64,000 nt of DNA from an uncultured Verrucomicrobiae bacterium (GTDB lineage Bacteria; Verrucomicrobiota; Verrucomicrobiia; Chthoniobacterales; UBA10450): positions 119,538 to 183,537 of the forward strand of contig CAVTTH010000006.1 of the NCBI GenBank assembly GCA_963737545.1, given 5' to 3'. This document shows, one piece after another, positions 56,368 through 64,000 of this stretch (the stretch's first letter is position 1; each line of letters begins with the position of its first letter). Below the pieces are notes generated by a model, which saw only the letters and a program-made list of their open reading frames with translations, made no database searches and was not told the origin of the DNA. The translations under genes were made by a program, and so were the position numbers.

Positions 56368-58176
56368 CTATTTTCCGCCGGTAATCTTTTGCACGAGCGC
56401 GTCGAAGCGCGAATCGCCACGGAGATCGTCGAGAAACGGATCCACTTTGATGACAAACAGGTAGGCGCCTGTGCCTTCGCGATAGGCGCGTTCCAGTTCA
56501 TCGATAGCGCGCGCTTTCTCGCCCAACCCGTCAAGAACCAGCGCCTTCGCGTAAGGCGCGACGAAGCGTGACTTCGCCTGTTGATCGAGGCGAGCCAGAA
56601 TCTTGCGCGCTTCGTCCTTTTGTCCGTTTCGTGCGCGTGCCTGGCCGAGGGCGGCAAGCGGATATGGATCGTTGGTTAGGTCGAACGCTTTTTGATATTC
56701 AGCGATTGCATCGGTCAAATGTCCTTTGAACTGCAAAATTTCGCCGAGGTAGTAATGCGCCAGAAAAAAGTTGGGATCGATTTCCAGCGTCTTACGGGCT
56801 TGCGCTTCCGCTTCGTCGTAGCGCCGGGTGCAGAGATAAAGCCAGCTGAAATCGGCATTGATGATGAGCGAGAGCGGATCAAGTTCGACCGCGCGTTTTG
56901 CTTCGGCGATCGCCGGATCGAATTGGCCGAGTGTCATCCAGGCCAAAGCCAGCCAATGATGCGCGGTGGCGTAGTTCGGCTTCAGATCTGTCGCCCGCTT
57001 CAATTCATCAATCGAAGCCTGGAGCTTCAGCTCGACGGAAGCGAGCAGGCCGGCCGAAGCATGCGCTTCCGCCAACGAATCGTCGAGTTCGAGCGCTTTC
57101 TTTATCGCTGACCGCGCCGGTGGAAATGAATCCACCGGAGAGACGGCGGCATAGTTTGGAAGTAGCAGGTAGGAATCCGCCAGGCCGACATAGGCGAGCG
57201 CGTAACCGGGGTCCCTGGCAATCGCTTGATTAAAATAATCGATCGCCTTGCGCAGGTCGTCGCCGTTGCGTTTGTTCCAAAAAAATCTTCCCTTGAGATA
57301 GAGCTCGTATGCTTCCGGATTAGCGGTCGGCGCTTTGCCGATTGAACTTTTCTCGGAGCCGGTGAGTCGCGCCTGCAACGTCTCCGCGATTGTTTTCGCG
57401 ATCTCAGTCTCGACCGCAAAAATGTCGGTCAGTTTGCGATCGTAGGTGTCGGCCCAGAGATGCGCGTCGCTTTGCGCATTGATCAACTGCACATTCACCC
57501 GCACCTGGTCGTTAGCCTTTTGCACGCTGCCCTCCAGGATGTGAGCGACCCCAAGTTGCTTCGCGATCTGGGGAAGATTGTCCGGCGTGCTTTTGAAGTG
57601 TTGCGTCGATGTGCGCGAAATCACTTTCAAATCGGCGACCCTGGCCAATCGCGTCAGGATTTCGTCCTGCACGCCTTCGCAAAAGTAAGCGTTGTCTGGA
57701 TCGCGACTGAGATTGTCGAACGGCAGCACAGCGATCGATTTGTTGGGAATTGGTAGGGGCGCCGCGCTGCGGCGTCCGTCTTCTTCGGTGTCAGCGGACC
57801 GGACGGCCCGGCGGTCCGTCCCTACCGAGCGAACAGTTTGATACACGAACAAACCGGCCGCGACGACAGCGAGCGCGATCGTTACGGCAACAATCTTTCG
57901 CCCGGTTCTTCGCGCGATCGACCTGCTCGGCTCGATCTCGGATTCGAGTTTGATTCCCTCCGGCGTGATCTCAAACGCCCAGGAAAAAATCAGCGCCACC
58001 GGAAAGCCGAGGATGATGACGATGATGAAGATCTTCATCACCCACGGCGGCGCGTCGAAAGCCGGCAGGAAAATCGACGCCGCCTGGAGCAAGAGCCACG
58101 CGACGACCACATACGCGACCGCGACCTTGTAAACGTTGCGCCGCTTCAGCTCGGCGAAGAAGTTGCCTAAATTCAT
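56368..58176 (-). CDS. Membrane protein: conserved FFAELKRRNVYKV N-terminal domain (3 TM), TolB-like module, TPR repeats (no cyclase)
   Basis: 602 aa. It has MNLGNFFAELKRRNVYKVAVAYVVVAWLLLQ, FEITPEGIK, NKSIAVLPFDNLSRDPDNAYFCEGVQDEIL, then TPRs. Confidence 0.85.
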   Translation of the reverse strand: MNLGNFFAELKRRNVYKVAVAYVVVAWLLLQAASIFLPAFDAPPWVMKIFIIVIILGFPVALIFSWAFEITPEGIKLESEIEPSRSIARRTGRKIVAVTIALAVVAAGLFVYQTVRSVGTDRRAVRSADTEEDGRRSAAPLPIPNKSIAVLPFDNLSRDPDNAYFCEGVQDEILTRLARVADLKVISRTSTQHFKSTPDNLPQIAKQLGVAHILEGSVQKANDQVRVNVQLINAQSDAHLWADTYDRKLTDIFAVETEIAKTIAETLQARLTGSEKSSIGKAPTANPEAYELYLKGRFFWNKRNGDDLRKAIDYFNQAIARDPGYALAYVGLADSYLLLPNYAAVSPVDSFPPARSAIKKALELDDSLAEAHASAGLLASVELKLQASIDELKRATDLKPNYATAHHWLALAWMTLGQFDPAIAEAKRAVELDPLSLIINADFSWLYLCTRRYDEAEAQARKTLEIDPNFFLAHYYLGEILQFKGHLTDAIAEYQKAFDLTNDPYPLAALGQARARNGQKDEARKILARLDQQAKSRFVAPYAKALVLDGLGEKARAIDELERAYREGTGAYLFVIKVDPFLDDLRGDSRFDALVQKITGGK

Positions 58177-59963
58177 TTTTGCGCGGCTTTTCCGAATTCT
58201 CGCGCCGGAAGAATCTTCTCAGCGAGCGCTTCGAATCGCGGCTGGCCGCGCAGGTCGTCCAGCATGGGGTCGACTCTGATGGTGAAAAGATCGTTGCCGG
58301 CGCCTTCGCGATACGCTCGCTCCAACGCGTCGATCGCCTGCTCTTTATCCTCCAATCCCATAAACATGAGCGCGATACTGTAGCCGGAGACGTAGCGGGA
58401 TTTCGCTTCTTCCCTCAAATGCGCGAGGATTTTTTGCGCTTCATCTCGTTGTCCGGCACGAGCGTAGGCCTGCCCGAGATAAGCGAGTGCCTCTGGATCG
58501 TCGTCCAACTCTACCGCTTTTTGATATTCGGTGATGGCTTGAGTGCGTTGCCCTTTAAGCTGATAGGCCTGACCGAGATAGTAATGCGCAAGATAAAAAC
58601 GCGGATCGATTTCTATAGTCTTGCGCAGTTGCGCAATCGCTTCGTCGTAGCGACGCGCATTCAAGTAAACATTTCCGCCGAGATCAGCGTTGTTGATTAA
58701 TGAGAGAGGATCCAGCTCGACTGCGCGTTTCCCCTCCGCAATCGCGCGATCAAACCGCGCAAGTGCGGTCAAAGGCCCCCACGAAAGCCAATGATGCGCC
58801 ATCGCGTAATTTGGATTTAGCTGAATCGCGCGCTCGAATTCGGCAATCGATCGGTCAAACTCGAAGTCGAATGGACCCGCTATTCTTCCGGATGAGGCGT
58901 GCGCCTCGGCCAACGTATCGTCTAGTTCGAGGGCTTTTTTCGCGGCAGCCCTCGCTTGCGGAATTGAGTCTTGCGGCGAAGCCGCTCCAAAGACCGAGAG
59001 AATTACATACGAATCGGCCAAGCCAGCATAGGCGAGGGCATAGCCGGGATCTTTCTCAATTGCCTGATTGAAATACTCGATGGCCTTGCGCAGATCCGCG
59101 CCGGTCCGCTTGTTCCAAAAAAATCTGCCTTTAAGGTAAAGCTCGTAGGCCTCTGGATTCACCGTCGGAGTTTTTGCAATCGAGATTTTCTCGGAACCCG
59201 TGAGTTTCGCCTGCAAGGTGTCGGCAATGGTTTTCGCGATGTCGCTCTCCACTGCAAAAATGTCGGTCAGCTTTCGGTCGTAGATTTCCGCCCACAGATG
59301 GGCGTCGGTCATGGCATTGATGAGCTGCACATTCACGCGCACTTGATCGTTCGCTTTCTGCACGCTGCCTTCGACTATATGCATCACCCCGAGCTGCTTT
59401 GCGATCTCGCGCAGATCGGATGGCGCGCTCTTGAAGCGCTGGGTTGAAGTGCGCGAGATCACTTTCAGATCTGCAACTTTGGCGAGTCGCGCGAGGATTT
59501 CGTCCTGCACGCCCTCGGCGAAATAAGCGTTGTCCGGATCGCGACTGAGATTATCAAACGGCAAGACCGCAATCGATTTTGTCGACAATTCCGAGTTGCT
59601 GGCGGTGTTTCGGCCCGTGTAGCGGCCGATGAAGAACAATCCGATGGAAAACACGGCTCCAACGATCACGACAACAATCCAGGCATGTTTTTGCGGTTGT
59701 CGCACCGAGGCAGCAGGATCGACGTCTTCCGTGCGCTTAATTCCTTCCGGAGTTGCTTCAAACGCCCAGGCGATTATCAACGCAATCGGAAACCCGATCG
59801 CAATTAGGACGATCACCAAACGCACGATCCAATTGGGAATTTCCAGGAACGGAAATATCTGCGTCGCAATCTGAGCGATTAACCAGCCAACAACCGCATA
59901 TGCGACGGCGACCTTGTAAACGTTGCGCCGCTTCAGTTCGGCGAAGAAGTTGTCGCTCCTCAC
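58173..59963 (-). CDS. Paralogue of the preceding membrane TolB-like/TPR protein
   Basis: 596 aa with the same architecture. Its stop overlaps the next start as ATGA. Confidence 0.85.
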   Translation of the reverse strand: MRSDNFFAELKRRNVYKVAVAYAVVGWLIAQIATQIFPFLEIPNWIVRLVIVLIAIGFPIALIIAWAFEATPEGIKRTEDVDPAASVRQPQKHAWIVVVIVGAVFSIGLFFIGRYTGRNTASNSELSTKSIAVLPFDNLSRDPDNAYFAEGVQDEILARLAKVADLKVISRTSTQRFKSAPSDLREIAKQLGVMHIVEGSVQKANDQVRVNVQLINAMTDAHLWAEIYDRKLTDIFAVESDIAKTIADTLQAKLTGSEKISIAKTPTVNPEAYELYLKGRFFWNKRTGADLRKAIEYFNQAIEKDPGYALAYAGLADSYVILSVFGAASPQDSIPQARAAAKKALELDDTLAEAHASSGRIAGPFDFEFDRSIAEFERAIQLNPNYAMAHHWLSWGPLTALARFDRAIAEGKRAVELDPLSLINNADLGGNVYLNARRYDEAIAQLRKTIEIDPRFYLAHYYLGQAYQLKGQRTQAITEYQKAVELDDDPEALAYLGQAYARAGQRDEAQKILAHLREEAKSRYVSGYSIALMFMGLEDKEQAIDALERAYREGAGNDLFTIRVDPMLDDLRGQPRFEALAEKILPAREFGKAAQK

Positions 59964-61615
59964 TGCTTTGCGTCCCCGATTTCAGGGGATGAAGACGAAG
60001 TTGCGCGGCTCCCCTGGTCTTTCTTCTCGCGCAAATCTTTCAGCCAAGCTTCGCCGGTCGCGATCAGTTCCCGCACCCGAGGATCCGAACGGATGGGCGC
60101 GTAAAACGGATCATGGCGCAACAAGTTCAACGGAGTGAGCCAGCGCCCTTTTTTTGAATTGATCACGCTTTGAAACCCGCGAATGACCTCCTCGTTATTC
60201 CCCAGCGCCATCTGCACATCAAGCGACCGGAACGCCTGATCAGGGTCCGACGGTCCGATCATTTCCAGCCACAGTTTGAGTTGTTTCTCGCCTTCCGTTT
60301 TTTCCCCGAGACGCCCCAACAAGAGCGCCTTCAGCCGCACCCAGTCGGGGCGCCCGGGCTCGGCGGCAATGCGCTTCTCCACCAACGCGAGCGCTTGCCG
60401 CCATTCAACCTTGGCCGCCTCCGTCCGTCCCGCAGCCTCCAGGATATTGCCGACCACGAGACCTTTCGGGCGAATCACGCGTTTCTCTTCCAAGAATTCG
60501 CGCGGAATCCGTCGCAATGCCTCGAGCGCTTTCTCCGTCTGCCCTATCTCCATCCAGACGTTGGCTGCATGATGAGCAAAAGCGTCTTCCAGCAACAATT
60601 GGGAAGGGATTTTGTCGACGAACTTAGCAGCGGCTTGCAAATCGCCCCAGCCAGTCCAAAGCGTCAAGAGCCGGGTCAGATAGGAGCCCGCCGTCGGTTT
60701 GTCCGCGAACAGTTGATCCAGCAATGCATCCGCCTCTACCAGTTTGTTTTTGTCGTAATAGTCATACGCCTCCCAATCAAGAAAGTCGGTGTGGCCTCGC
60801 GGAGTATTGGCGTGTTGCTGAAGAAGTTCCCGCTCTTCATCTTTGCGGTTCTGGAAACGGAGCGACGCTGCCAGTAGACCAACGACGCGATCGTCGGTCG
60901 GGAAACGGCGCAGCAATTCTCTGGTGCGGCTTTCTGCCTCGCTGAATTGCCGCGAGACCAGCAGGTAACCGGCCATCGCCAGACCCGCCTCAACCGAATC
61001 AGGCGCAAGGCGAATCGCGCGCTCAGCCTGGCTGCCGGCCGCCGCTCGACGAGCGGGAGTGTCGTCATACCTGCCAGCCACCAAACTTAACGAGGCTTGG
61101 GCGAGCACAGCCCAGGCTTCGGCATCCGTGGGATTGAGTTGCGCTGCTCGCTGCCCCAGCTCCTCCGCCAAGCGATAGTTCTCGCGCACTGCCAGCGGAT
61201 CATCCATCAATGTCCGCGCCTGCTGAATCATTTTTTGCTCTTCCGTGAGTGCGGGCCTGGCCGACGGAGCATGGGAGCGCAATAGCTGGAACGCAAGCAT
61301 GCCGGCCGCAATGATTCCCATCACGACCGTTAGTCCAACAATCTTCCGTCCATTCCCGCGTCTCATCGATTCGTTAGGGGCGACTTCTGACTCACGCTTG
61401 ATTCCCTCTGGAGTGATCTCAAATGCCCAGGAAAGAATGAGCGCAATCGGGAAACCGAGCGCGACCGCGACGACGAAAATCTTCATCGCCCAGGGCGGAG
61501 CTTCGAAAGTAACAAAGAGGAGGGACGTTGCTTGGACCAGCAACCAACTCACCACCGCGTAGGCGACTGCGACCTTGTAAACATTGCGCCGCTTTAGCTC
61601 AGCGAAAAAGTTCAT
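59960..61615 (-). CDS. Paralogue with the same N-terminal membrane domain and TPR region but no SIAVLPF TolB-like module
   Basis: 551 aa. It has MNFFAELKRRNVYKVAVAYAVVSWLLVQ and FEITPEGIK, then goes directly into TPR-like repeats. Confidence 0.8.
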   Translation of the reverse strand: MNFFAELKRRNVYKVAVAYAVVSWLLVQATSLLFVTFEAPPWAMKIFVVAVALGFPIALILSWAFEITPEGIKRESEVAPNESMRRGNGRKIVGLTVVMGIIAAGMLAFQLLRSHAPSARPALTEEQKMIQQARTLMDDPLAVRENYRLAEELGQRAAQLNPTDAEAWAVLAQASLSLVAGRYDDTPARRAAAGSQAERAIRLAPDSVEAGLAMAGYLLVSRQFSEAESRTRELLRRFPTDDRVVGLLAASLRFQNRKDEERELLQQHANTPRGHTDFLDWEAYDYYDKNKLVEADALLDQLFADKPTAGSYLTRLLTLWTGWGDLQAAAKFVDKIPSQLLLEDAFAHHAANVWMEIGQTEKALEALRRIPREFLEEKRVIRPKGLVVGNILEAAGRTEAAKVEWRQALALVEKRIAAEPGRPDWVRLKALLLGRLGEKTEGEKQLKLWLEMIGPSDPDQAFRSLDVQMALGNNEEVIRGFQSVINSKKGRWLTPLNLLRHDPFYAPIRSDPRVRELIATGEAWLKDLREKKDQGSRATSSSSPEIGDAKQ

Positions 61616-61616
61616 G

Positions 61617-63428
61617 TCATTTGCCGCTCGCTGTGTCTAATCCGCATTCGAAATCGGTTTCGCCGATGGGCCGGCATCCGCCTGGCCAGCCTTTCTCGCG
61701 CCAGTAGGCCGGAAAGCCGTAGCGGACCAGCATCGCCTTGACTCGCGGATCGCGCAGCATGGTGTGGCCGGCCGGGTTGCTGCTGTAAAGATTGGCGAAA
61801 TAGTAGGCCTCGAGTATTGCGCCGCGACTCTGAATGTCTGCGTTGTAGCCGTCGATGTCCTGGCGCGCGATCAGGAAGATGCTCGCTTCGTTCTCTGGCG
61901 CATCGGCGATCGCCGCGCGCAGTTTGGTTGGGTCAATACCGGGCTCGCCCAACACCCAGGGCAACAAAATTTGCGCGAATGCGGCATCATTTGGCCAACG
62001 GCTCACGACCTCTGCGAGTGCGGCGCGGGCCTCATCCTTTCGACCGTAAGCGATCGCGTACTGGAGTAGTCCGAGCCTGCCGGCGGAGTAGTTTGGATTG
62101 ATTGCGCGCATCTGGTGCACTGCCTCCTCGACTTCTTCCCGTCGATCCAGCGCGGCGGCGGCATCCCGCAGGCGCACCCAGCCGACAATAAAGTAGGGAT
62201 CAAGCTTCACCAACTGGCGCGCCGCCAGCGCCGAATCTTCGACGCGCCCGACTTCGTAGAGAAGTTCCGCGTAATCTTCGCGCACATCCGGGTAACTTGC
62301 GTCGATCTGCATTGCGCGCAGGTAATGGCCTTCGGCCACACTGAACTTGAATTGCGCGCGCGCGACGTTGCCAAGGGCGTGTTCGGTAGTTGCGGAGTCG
62401 GGTTCCAAGGCGGCGGCGCGCTCTGCCGCGGCGGCCTCCCCGGTCAGAAGCTCAGCGGCGAAGCCGGGAGTCATGCGCGCCGTGTACCAGAAGGTCACTT
62501 CGTAAGTGAGCGAGAGCGACGACCACCCTGCGGCAAACTCAGGCGCCTTCGCGACGGCCGCCTTTAAATGCGCGATCGCGGATGGCAGATCAGTGCGTTG
62601 GCGCAGGAGCGCCCGACCTTTGAGATATTCATCGTAGGCTTGGGGATCGATGGGCGCGCGCGTAGCGACGGGGGCCGAAACGCCTAACGAAAGTTTGAGC
62701 GCAGCCCCGATGCGCCGCGCAATCTCATCCTGCAGCGCAAACACACTTTCGAGTTTGCGATCGTAGGTCTCTGACCAAATATGGAACCCATCGGCGACCC
62801 GCACCAACTGCGCGGTGATCCGCACCTCCGGTCCATCGCGGCGCACGCTACCCTCGACGATGTTCGCAACGCCGAGCTTGCGGCCGATCTCGCGGACGTC
62901 GCCTCCCTTGTCCTTAAATTGAAACACCGAAGTACGCGCCACGACCTTGAGTTGCGGTACCTTGGCCAGCACGTTCAACAACTCCTCCGTCATGCCGTCG
63001 GAGAAATAATCCTCCTCCGCCTTGCCGCTCATGTTCGCGAATGGCAGGACTGCGATCGAATTGCGGTCGGTGGTCGTTGGCGTGGCGACATCACCTTTGC
63101 GAAACGATGGCTGTCCGTAGAAATACCAGCCTAGCGCCAGGACGATCAGCAACGCGGCTACAGCAAACAAAGCTTTGCTGCCTGACGGGCCGGCATCGAG
63201 TTTCACGCCCTCAGCTGTGATATCAAACACCCACGCCATGACTACGGCGACTGGAAATCCGAGCAATGCGATCAGAATAAAAATGCGCAGTACCCATGGC
63301 GGTGCATCGAAGGCTGGGAATCCGATGGATGCGGCCTGCACGGCGAGCCATGCCACAATAAGATAGGCTGCGCCGATCTTGAATACCTTGCGTCGCTTTA
63401 GCTCGGCGAAGAAGTTGTGCGAGTTCAT
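61617..63428 (-). CDS. Paralogue of the membrane TolB-like/TPR protein
   Basis: 603 aa. It has MNSHNFFAELKRRKVFKIGAAYLIVAWLAVQ and NSIAVLPFANMSGKAEEDYFSDGMTEEL, then TPRs. There is a 1-nt gap to the next gene. Confidence 0.85.
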   Translation of the reverse strand: MNSHNFFAELKRRKVFKIGAAYLIVAWLAVQAASIGFPAFDAPPWVLRIFILIALLGFPVAVVMAWVFDITAEGVKLDAGPSGSKALFAVAALLIVLALGWYFYGQPSFRKGDVATPTTTDRNSIAVLPFANMSGKAEEDYFSDGMTEELLNVLAKVPQLKVVARTSVFQFKDKGGDVREIGRKLGVANIVEGSVRRDGPEVRITAQLVRVADGFHIWSETYDRKLESVFALQDEIARRIGAALKLSLGVSAPVATRAPIDPQAYDEYLKGRALLRQRTDLPSAIAHLKAAVAKAPEFAAGWSSLSLTYEVTFWYTARMTPGFAAELLTGEAAAAERAAALEPDSATTEHALGNVARAQFKFSVAEGHYLRAMQIDASYPDVREDYAELLYEVGRVEDSALAARQLVKLDPYFIVGWVRLRDAAAALDRREEVEEAVHQMRAINPNYSAGRLGLLQYAIAYGRKDEARAALAEVVSRWPNDAAFAQILLPWVLGEPGIDPTKLRAAIADAPENEASIFLIARQDIDGYNADIQSRGAILEAYYFANLYSSNPAGHTMLRDPRVKAMLVRYGFPAYWREKGWPGGCRPIGETDFECGLDTASGK

Positions 63429-64000
63429 TTCTTTGGCTCTGTCTTCGGCGCAACGACTTTTTGCACCAGCGCTTCGAAACGCGGATCGCCGTGCAGTGAA
63501 TCGAGCAGTGGATCAACCTTGATCCAGCACATGTTGGAGCCGTCGCGTTCTTCGTAGCCCTGTTCAAGCCAGCGGAGCGCTTCATCTTTATTGTTCAGGC
63601 TGAGATAAAGCAAAGCGCGGAGGTAACCGACCACCTCGCGATTCTGACTAATCTTATCGAGATCACTCAGCATTTGGCGCGCGGCATCCTTGTCACCAGC
63701 CAGAGCTTTGGCTGCAGCGCACGCCGCCAATACTAACAAGTTGTCACTGCTCAATTGCTTTGCCTTTTCATATTCGAAAATCGCGCCGGACAGGTCGCCC
63801 TTCATTTGAAGGGCAATGCCGAGATTAAAGTGCGCGTAGAAAAAGGTCGGGTCGATCGCGAGCGTCTTCCGCAATTGCGCAGCGGCTTCGTCGTAGCGGT
63901 GGGCGTATAAAAAGGTCACCCCCAGGTCCGTGTTAATAATGGGCGAGAGCGGATCTAACTCAACGGCACGCTTGCTCTCGACAATGGCTTCTTCAAATCG
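63425..64000 (-). CDS. C-terminal part of a further TPR paralogue (5' end outside the window)
   Basis: The TPR region ends ...DPRFEALVQKVVAPKTEPKK*. The reading frame stays open to the window edge, and its stop overlaps the next start (ATGA). Confidence 0.75.
   Translation of the reverse strand, partial: RFEEAIVESKRAVELDPLSPIINTDLGVTFLYAHRYDEAAAQLRKTLAIDPTFFYAHFNLGIALQMKGDLSGAIFEYEKAKQLSSDNLLVLAACAAAKALAGDKDAARQMLSDLDKISQNREVVGYLRALLYLSLNNKDEALRWLEQGYEERDGSNMCWIKVDPLLDSLHGDPRFEALVQKVVAPKTEPKK

Overview
GC-rich (about 58-60% by hand counts on sample lines) bacterial chromosomal segment with dense coding. PEP-CTERM and GxxExxY proteins and a large cyclase/TPR paralogue expansion suggest a soil Verrucomicrobiota-like organism; this is inference only. 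The left half (1-27 kb) is mostly housekeeping or metabolic: an NfeD protease, a BBE-like FAD oxidase, OsmC, MtnA, a thiolase, an ATP-citrate-lyase-like pair, an aldehyde dehydrogenase, and an aconitase-family/IDH-family pair. Small insertions interrupt it. The middle (27-44 kb) is accessory. First, a low-GC islet sits between the aconitase-family and dehydrogenase genes. It carries AbrB-VapC, two small wHTH-like proteins and a GHKL ATPase with a long uncharacterised tail, and is my best candidate for an undescribed conflict system. Second, the 3' end of the dehydrogenase gene occurs three times, bounding a RelE/DUF2283 islet and an RND efflux islet, which points to serial integration. Third, there is a packed array of small N-terminally anchored paralogues. 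Fourth, there is a junkyard of cyclase 5' stubs, promoter copies and about 82-nt hairpin repeats. The hairpin arms also bracket a GxxExxY (PD-(D/E)XK) gene. The right third (44-64 kb) is an expansion of class III cyclase-TM-TolB-like-TPR genes, followed by a five-gene tandem array of cyclase-less relatives with ATGA overlaps. Several paralogues, and one unrelated permease, carry frameshifts. I saw no rRNA, tRNA, CRISPR array, integrase or transposase. All similarity calls come from motif recognition by eye; no searches were run.
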